NCBI GenBank assembly: GCA_017937285.1
Contig: JAGBDU010000021.1
Location: forward strand, 15,987-79,986
Length of the DNA: 64,000 nt
Origin: Clostridia bacterium
GTDB lineage: Bacteria; Bacillota; Clostridia; TANB77; CAG-508
Direction: 5' to 3'
The notes beneath the pieces are model-generated. The model did no database searches and had not been told where the DNA came from. It saw only the letters and a list, made by a program, of their open reading frames with translations. The translations under genes and the position numbers were made by a program. Below, in pieces: positions 58,351 through 64,000 of this stretch (position 1 is its first letter; every line of letters starts with the position of its first letter).

Positions 58351-59412
58351 ATGAAACATGAATTAAAAATGTTGCCACCAGAAGATAATTTCAGAACAGT
58401 AAGAATATTAGAACAATTAGCAAGAACTAATAGAGCACTTGCAGAATTAAAAGGATATGCAAGAACAATACCAAATCAACATATATTAATAAATGCTATA
58501 ACAATAAATGAGGCGAAAGACAGTAGTGAAATAGAAAATATAGTGACTACACATGATGAAATATATAAAGCAATGACTCAAAGTAATTATAAAAATGAAA
58601 GTGCTAAAGAAGTAGTGGATTACAGAAGTGCTATATGGAGAGGTTATAATTTAGTAAAAGAAAAAGAAATAATAACTACTAATATTTTAGTAGAAATTCA
58701 ATCTATAATAGAACACAATAATGCAGGAATTAGAAAAATTCCAGGAACAGTTTTAAAGAATTCAAAAACAGGAGAAGTTGTATATACTCCACCAGAAACA
58801 GAAAAAGAAGTTAGAGAATATTTAAAGAATTTAGAAGAATATATAAACACTGATGATATGATAGATCCTTTAATAAAACTTGCAATTATACATTATCAAT
58901 TTGAATCAATTCATCCATTTTATGATGGTAACGGAAGAACAGGAAGAATATTAAATATTTTATATTTAGTACTAAAGGATTTATTAGATAGTCCAATTCT
59001 ATATTTAAGTAGATACATTAACGATAATAAACAAACATATTACAAATTATTTAAAGAAGTAAGAGAAACAAATAATTTTGAAGAGTGGATTATATATATA
59101 TTAATTGGAATAGAAGAAACTGCAGAAGAAACAATGAAGCTAATTAAAGACATTCAAAGTGAGATGGAAATCTATGGTGAAGAATTAAAAGAAAAATTAC
59201 CTAAAATATATAGTAAAGAATTATTAGAAGGATTATTTTTCGAAGTATACACAAAGATAAACTATATTGAAAATATATGTGGAGTTACAAGAAAAACTGC
59301 AATGTCATATCTAAATCAATTAGAAGAAGCGGGATTCCTTTCATCTGAAAAAATAGGAAGAGACAGAATATATAAAAATGACAGATTAATTAATCTATTA
59401 AAAAATAAATAA
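58351..59412 (+). CDS. Fic-family protein (AMPylase-type) with C-terminal winged-helix
   Basis: The Fic motif is HPFYDGNGRTGR. The C-terminal VTRKTAMSYLNQLEEAGFLSSEKIGRDRIY is wHTH-like. Confidence 0.9.
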   Translation: MKHELKMLPPEDNFRTVRILEQLARTNRALAELKGYARTIPNQHILINAITINEAKDSSEIENIVTTHDEIYKAMTQSNYKNESAKEVVDYRSAIWRGYNLVKEKEIITTNILVEIQSIIEHNNAGIRKIPGTVLKNSKTGEVVYTPPETEKEVREYLKNLEEYINTDDMIDPLIKLAIIHYQFESIHPFYDGNGRTGRILNILYLVLKDLLDSPILYLSRYINDNKQTYYKLFKEVRETNNFEEWIIYILIGIEETAEETMKLIKDIQSEMEIYGEELKEKLPKIYSKELLEGLFFEVYTKINYIENICGVTRKTAMSYLNQLEEAGFLSSEKIGRDRIYKNDRLINLLKNK

Positions 59413-59424
59413 AAGGGTGATTAG

Positions 59425-59688
59425 ATGAATAATTATTTATTCTTAACAAATGAGGGCTATACATACCAACCAGATTCAGAGTGTATAGAACCAGACTGTG
59501 AGAATTCACAATTAATTGGAATAGCATCTGGAAATACACAAGAAGAAGCATTTAAAAATTTAATAAATGAAAAAGAATACCTAAGACAATTTAATTTTAA
59601 TGAAATATATTGCTATAAATTAGCAAAAGATTACGAAGAAAGTAAAAGGTATTTTTATATAAAAGATGATAATATAGGAGATGAATAA
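59425..59688 (+). CDS. hypothetical protein (87 aa)
   Basis: ORF 12 nt after the Fic stop. No motif. Confidence 0.45.
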   Translation: MNNYLFLTNEGYTYQPDSECIEPDCENSQLIGIASGNTQEEAFKNLINEKEYLRQFNFNEIYCYKLAKDYEESKRYFYIKDDNIGDE

Positions 59689-59701
59689 TCATCTCCTATT
59701 G

Positions 59702-59932
59702 TTAAAATTTTGTGTCTTTAGGTGGACAAGAATCATTGCCATAGCTGTCTTTGTCACGAATTCTACCATGTTTGTCATGAATAACTAATTCGGAACTTTG
59801 ATTCTTAGCAATTTCTCTACCGTACGATATAGCTTCTTTTTGAGTATTAAATAATTTGGTAGGTTTTGAATTGCCAGCACCAATCACTTGCCACAAGTCG
59901 CCTTTGGGCGTGATGTGTTGATCTTTTTTCAT
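59702..59932 (-). CDS. DUF2188-family small protein
   Basis: WQVIGAGNSKPTKLFNTQKEAISYGREIAKNQSSELVIHDKHGRI matches the DUF2188 pattern. Confidence 0.6.
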   Translation of the reverse strand: MKKDQHITPKGDLWQVIGAGNSKPTKLFNTQKEAISYGREIAKNQSSELVIHDKHGRIRDKDSYGNDSCPPKDTKF

Positions 59933-60265
59933 TATTGTTTCCTCCGTTTTCTATCCTTGAAGTATTGACTTCTAGCAATAATGAGTGCTATAATAAAGAA
60001 AATATAACTTGGCAAGGGTTATATAGAACTAATTCTAATGTTTATTATAGCATTAGGATTTTTTTATTGCTAAAATTATTATATAATAAAATTGTAGATA
60101 AGTCAATCGAAGATGAATAAAAAATACAAAAAAACATAAAAAAACACGAAAAATAGAAATATTATTTTAATAAATGAATAAAAAATACAAAAAAGAGAAA
60201 AATAATTTTAAAAAGTGTTTACAATTTATGAATTCTATAATATAATATAGTAAGGAGGAACTCAT

Positions 60266-61534
60266 ATGTTAGTAGAATTTAGTGTTAAAAATTTTATGTC
60301 GATTAAAGATGAGATGACATTCAGCATGGTAGCTGGTACTGGCGATGAAAACATAGAAAATATTATAAAGGATGAAAAAACAGGTGAAGGATATCTAAAA
60401 TCAACTGCTATTTATGGTGCAAATGCATCAGGAAAGACAAATTTTATGAGAGCATTAACAGCAGCAATTTTAACAGTTAGAAGATCAAATTTAAGAAATA
60501 TTAATGAACCATTAATAGAAATGAAACCTTTTAAATTTGATTCAAAAACAGTTAATGAACCTTGTGAATTTAAATTTGTTTTTATAAAAAATAATATCAA
60601 ATATATATATGGATTTTCAGCAGACGTTAATAGAATATATACGGAATATTTATATCAATATTTATCAGCTAAACCAAGTTTAATTTTTGAAAGAAAAAAT
60701 ATAAATGAATACAAATTTACTCAATCAGAACAAAGTAAGTTAGAAGAATTGGCAACTAAAAATACAGAAAAAAAATTATTCTTATCAACAGCTACGGCTT
60801 GGAACTATGAAAAAACTAAAGATGCATATATATGGTTTTCAGAAGATATAGACACTTATAATGATTATATGAATGTTGGAGGATATGCATTTGATAAATT
60901 TGAGAAAGACGAAGAGGGAAGTTTAAAGAAATTTACAATTAACTTATTAAAACAAGCAGATATTCTTATAAAAGATTATAATTTTGAAGTTAAAGATATG
61001 AATCTTAATAATATAATAGCATTTAATAATGTTAAAATTCCAAATGAAAATATAGTACAAAAAGAAGTAAGAATATCTACACTTCATGAAATAGAAAATG
61101 AAAATGGAGATAAAGAAAATTATGAATTAGAATTACAAGAGGAATCATTAGGAACACAAAGTTTATTTTTCTTTAGTCCTATCTTAAAGGAAGCTTTTGA
61201 AAAAGGAAAAGTAATAATTGTAGATGAAATAGATAAAAGCTTACACCCTTTATTAGTAGAATTTATAATAAAATTATTTCATAATAGTGAAATAAATAAA
61301 AATAATGCACAATTAATATTTAATACACATGATACTAATTTATTATCATTAGATAATTTTAGAAGAGATCAAATATGGTTTACAGAGAAAGAACCAAAGA
61401 AAGGAACTACTGAACTATACCCATTAGATGATTTTTCAGTAAGAAAAACTGAAAATGTTCAAAAAGGATATTTGAATGGTAGATATGGTGCAATTCCTTT
61501 TTTGGCTACAGGTAATAGCTTATGGGAAGACTAG
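60266..61534 (+). CDS. AAA_21/ABC-type ATPase (second AbiLi / RloA-like copy)
   Basis: Walker A is AIYGANASGKTN, Walker B is IIVDEIDKSLHP. NTHDT and GRYGAIP are present. Same architecture as 50073-51305 but divergent. Confidence 0.8.
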   Translation: MLVEFSVKNFMSIKDEMTFSMVAGTGDENIENIIKDEKTGEGYLKSTAIYGANASGKTNFMRALTAAILTVRRSNLRNINEPLIEMKPFKFDSKTVNEPCEFKFVFIKNNIKYIYGFSADVNRIYTEYLYQYLSAKPSLIFERKNINEYKFTQSEQSKLEELATKNTEKKLFLSTATAWNYEKTKDAYIWFSEDIDTYNDYMNVGGYAFDKFEKDEEGSLKKFTINLLKQADILIKDYNFEVKDMNLNNIIAFNNVKIPNENIVQKEVRISTLHEIENENGDKENYELELQEESLGTQSLFFFSPILKEAFEKGKVIIVDEIDKSLHPLLVEFIIKLFHNSEINKNNAQLIFNTHDTNLLSLDNFRRDQIWFTEKEPKKGTTELYPLDDFSVRKTENVQKGYLNGRYGAIPFLATGNSLWED

Positions 61535-62148
61535 AACAGAGAAAAAGAAATCGCAACCAAAGAAAAACAAAATCAATTATTGCAATAGGATGTGAAGGAA
61601 AAAATAAAACTGAAACGACATATTTAAAAAATTTTTCGAGTAGAGAATGTATTATAAAATTCTCTACTGGAAGACATACAGATCCAGTTGGTATGGCTAA
61701 TGACTTAGTTGATTTTATAAGAAGTGAAGATATTAAAACAGAATATGGAGATAAAATTTATCTTCTAATAGATACAGATGTAAATCAAAATAAACAAGAG
61801 CAGATAAATGCAGCAAAAGAAATATGTAATCAAAATAATATAGAATTGATAACTTCAACGCCTACATTTGAATATTGGTACATATTACATTATGGATATA
61901 CATCAAAAAATTACCAAAGTAGTAAGCAAGTTAAAAATGAAATGAAAAACAAAATACCTAATTATTCCGAAAGTATGAATGTTTATCCTATAATTGAAAA
62001 TAAAACAGATATTGCAATAGTAAATGCTAAGAAAATTGAAAAATATCAAGAAGAAAATGGACAAGTTATAGATAGCGAAGAAGCAAATCCTCATACAAGT
62101 GCATATAGAGTAATTGAAGAATTAAAAAAGAGAAATAGTATAAAATAA
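61522..62148 (+). CDS. RloB-like protein (second copy)
   Basis: SIIAIGCEGKNKTETTYL and YLLIDTDVN motifs. It overlaps the ATPase gene by 13 nt. A terminator hairpin lies at about 62150-62183. Confidence 0.75.
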   Translation: MGRLEQRKRNRNQRKTKSIIAIGCEGKNKTETTYLKNFSSRECIIKFSTGRHTDPVGMANDLVDFIRSEDIKTEYGDKIYLLIDTDVNQNKQEQINAAKEICNQNNIELITSTPTFEYWYILHYGYTSKNYQSSKQVKNEMKNKIPNYSESMNVYPIIENKTDIAIVNAKKIEKYQEENGQVIDSEEANPHTSAYRVIEELKKRNSIK

Positions 62149-62385
62149 AACCCGGACTTTAATTTTAAGAGTCCGGGTTTTGCATTCGAAAATACGGATT
62201 ATAATATAAAAGTACGGCTTTTGAAATACGGTTTCTTTGTCACACCTTGGTCACACTCTCTACAAAATTACACGATTTTAAACACATTTTAACACAAACA
62301 AAGAATCTACAATTTCACCGATTAACTTACTCCAACAAAGCATAACATGATTACACCAAACTCAACAATATCAACACTTACGGGA

Positions 62386-62429
62386 TCATAACCCGAAGGT
62401 CGTAAGTTCGAGTCTTACCCCCGCAACCA
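62386..62429 (+). repeat. att-type direct repeat 3 (identical to repeat 1 over 44 nt)
   Basis: TCATAACCCGAAGGTCGTAAGTTCGAGTCTTACCCCCGCAACCA, followed by its own hairpin (aaagtccc...gggacttt). Confidence 0.8.
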
Positions 62430-62531
62430 TTGAAAAGTCCCGTTTTCGTTGAGAAATAGGGACTTTTATAAATTTTGAAGTAATCCATTTAAGTACATTA
62501 AAAACCGTTAAAAATCATTAAAATTTGTTTC

Positions 62532-62575
62532 ATAAAGGGAAAATAAAGGGAAAATAAAGGGAAAATAAAGGGAAA
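62532..62575. repeat. four perfect tandem 11-bp units ATAAAGGGAAA
   Basis: Read directly. The period of 11 bp equals one helical turn. Located ~100 bp right of repeat 3. Confidence 0.85.
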
Positions 62576-62651
62576 GAAATAATATTAAAGTGAAGTGAAA
62601 TATACTAAGTAATCTCAAGGCATTTGGGATTATTTTTTTTGGAGGTTTTAT

Positions 62652-63104
62652 ATGTATAAAGGGAAAATTGATAAATTAATTAATGAAATAAACAAAATTG
62701 CAAGATTAAAAAGAATATCATATAAATTAGAAAATATATATGAAGAATATGATGAATTTATTGAGGATTATTACTTTATGGAATGGCTTAGAATATCACA
62801 AGATGGAATAACACAAATAGAAGAATTAAATAATATGTTAGAGCTATTTGAACAAACACTAGAAGAATTAGAAATTGCAATTTATAATGCTGAAGATAAA
62901 GTTGATATTATATGCAATTCTATATTAGCATATAATAAGAAAGAATTAGGAGACTATATAAATGACTTTGAGCTATATAATGACAATTACATAAAAGATA
63001 CAATAATGAATTTTATTGAAAATAATATGTATGAGATAGATGAAGATTACCTATTTCTTGAACTAGAAAAGTTACTAGAAGGAGGAATAGGGCAACATGA
63101 ATAA
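62652..63104 (+). CDS. hypothetical acidic protein (150 aa)
   Basis: ORF behind GGAGG. No motif. Confidence 0.45.
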   Translation: MYKGKIDKLINEINKIARLKRISYKLENIYEEYDEFIEDYYFMEWLRISQDGITQIEELNNMLELFEQTLEELEIAIYNAEDKVDIICNSILAYNKKELGDYINDFELYNDNYIKDTIMNFIENNMYEIDEDYLFLELEKLLEGGIGQHE

Positions 63105-63513
63105 AACTGATTACAAAAAGATAGAGTATTATTTATATAACTATAGTAATATAGATAAACTGATTGATGAGATAAAAGATGGCTTGATAAATAGTGTTAA
63201 TGTAAGTGGGAGTGCATGGAGGAAAGGAATAACAGTATGCAATAATACTTTAGAAAATCAAGTTATTAAGATAATAGAAAATAAAAAAATACTAGAATTT
63301 AAGAGATGGCAAGTACTGATAAAAAAGGTACTTGCTTTTTTGATGCAAAAATATCCGAAATATTATGATTTTATAAATCTAAAATATTTTCAAAAGCAAT
63401 CTAAAGATGAGATTGAGGAAACTCTTAAATTCGATTTTAAGAAACAAAAAATAATAAAGGACAAGTTAATTGAGTTCGTATATAAAAATGCGAAAATGAG
63501 AAATTTGGTTTAA
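63097..63513 (+). CDS. RinA/ArpU-like phage late transcriptional activator
   Basis: KKIEYYLYNYSNIDKLIDEI N-terminus, FINLKYFQKQSKDEI and a 138-aa length fit that family. It overlaps the upstream gene by 8 nt. Confidence 0.45.
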   Translation: MNKTDYKKIEYYLYNYSNIDKLIDEIKDGLINSVNVSGSAWRKGITVCNNTLENQVIKIIENKKILEFKRWQVLIKKVLAFLMQKYPKYYDFINLKYFQKQSKDEIEETLKFDFKKQKIIKDKLIEFVYKNAKMRNLV

Positions 63514-63530
63514 ATATGGAGGTAATAAAA

Positions 63531-63641
63531 ATGTTTTGGATAGGATTAATTATAGGACTAATAGTAGGAGCAAATATAAGCTTGATATTATATGCTTGTA
63601 TAATTGCAGGAAAGGAAAGTGATAGCCGTTGTGAAGGATGA
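63531..63641 (+). CDS. possible 36-aa single-TM peptide
   Basis: MFWIGLIIGLIVGANISLILYACIIAGKESDSRCEG behind a GGAGG RBS. Not in the ORF table (<60 aa). Confidence 0.3.
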   Translation: MFWIGLIIGLIVGANISLILYACIIAGKESDSRCEG

Positions 63642-64000
63642 AGAGATACAAAGAATAGGATATTATGCAGTAATACCTGCTACGGTTCTATTTAATGAAC
63701 GATTAAAACCTAATGAAAAATTGCTTTATGCTCTTATAACAGCACTATCAAATAAAGAAGGCTATTGTTATGCTTCTAATAAATATTTAGGAGAAAAGTT
63801 AGGAGTAGATCCTGTAACAGTTTCAAGATGGATAACTGATTTAAGAAGGAACAATTATGTTTTTGTAGATATAATGAGAAACGAGAAAAAAGAGATAATT
63901 TGTAGGAGAATATTTCCAAATGATGTACCCTATAGACTAAATAATCAATACCCCTATATACTAAAAAATCAAGAGGGTATTGATGAAAAAGTCAAAGATA
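63631..64000 (+). CDS. HTH (HTH_36 / DnaD-like replication-organiser N-domain) protein, 3' end outside window
   Basis: GTG start overlaps the previous stop. YYAVIPATVLFNERLKPNEKLLYALITALSNKEGYCYASNKYLGEKLGVDPVTVSRWITDL is typical of phage/plasmid replication-initiation HTH proteins. Confidence 0.5.
   Translation, partial: MKDEEIQRIGYYAVIPATVLFNERLKPNEKLLYALITALSNKEGYCYASNKYLGEKLGVDPVTVSRWITDLRRNNYVFVDIMRNEKKEIICRRIFPNDVPYRLNNQYPYILKNQEGIDEKVKD

Larger units (their letters stand above)
55236..62385. mobile_element. integrated element 2 (no integrase) between repeats 2 and 3
   Basis: Bounded by direct repeats. The matching motif TGTCACAC(T/C)TTGGTCACA sits near both ends (55299-55316, 62238-55). 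It contains a primase C-terminal remnant. Confidence 0.55.

Noticed and set aside
60113-60194. 21-nt direct repeat atgaataaaaaatacaaaaaa (two copies 60 bp apart) upstream of the second ATPase gene.
   Set aside because: It is almost pure A-rich low-complexity sequence. Chance similarity in AT-rich intergenic DNA cannot be excluded.

Overview
Very AT-rich Firmicutes (Clostridia-like) chromosomal segment. Positions 1-29.1 kb are mostly housekeeping genes: the adhE 3' half, a class B sortase, asnS, a metallophosphoesterase, a UDPGP-family uridylyltransferase, mtaB, an unusually short alaS, a HIT protein, a second sortase, tRNA-His and tRNA-Gln, a dinD-like gene, pflB, desulfoferrodoxin, cdd and SAM methyltransferases. 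Interspersed are several disrupted genes, a dispersed palindromic intergenic repeat family, a GC-rich 13-mer repeat array and a compositionally foreign Clp-ATPase/M41-peptidase fusion gene. Positions 29.2-62.4 kb hold two tandem integrated elements bounded by three 44-45 bp direct repeats that equal the 3' half of an initiator tRNA-Met; no 5' half is attached to any copy. Element 1 (29.2-55.2 kb) has a tyrosine integrase and reads as a defence island. It carries a KAP/Tmn-like transmembrane NTPase, an IS91-family insertion, an uncharacterised three-gene operon, and a Sau3AI-like R-M module. In that module the C5 methyltransferase is frame-disrupted and an embedded PUA-like/PD-(D/E)xK gene has an in-frame stop. 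Element 1 also carries a two-gene module with a small multi-TM protein, an AbiL-like ATPase+RloB pair and a PHP-ABC ATPase (PplA-like) with a coupled small ORF. Element 2 (55.2-62.4 kb) has no integrase and carries a GNAT-methyltransferase-CYTH/NUDIX-ASCH operon, a Fic protein behind an operator array, and a second ATPase+RloB pair. After the third repeat a phage/satellite-like regulatory and replication module begins and runs off the window. The top candidate for an undescribed system is the 36.4-42.6 kb operon: an HhH/sigma-region-4 HTH protein, a ParB-N-domain protein and a PLD(HKD)-SNF2 fusion. All family calls come from motif reading by eye; no database search was run.
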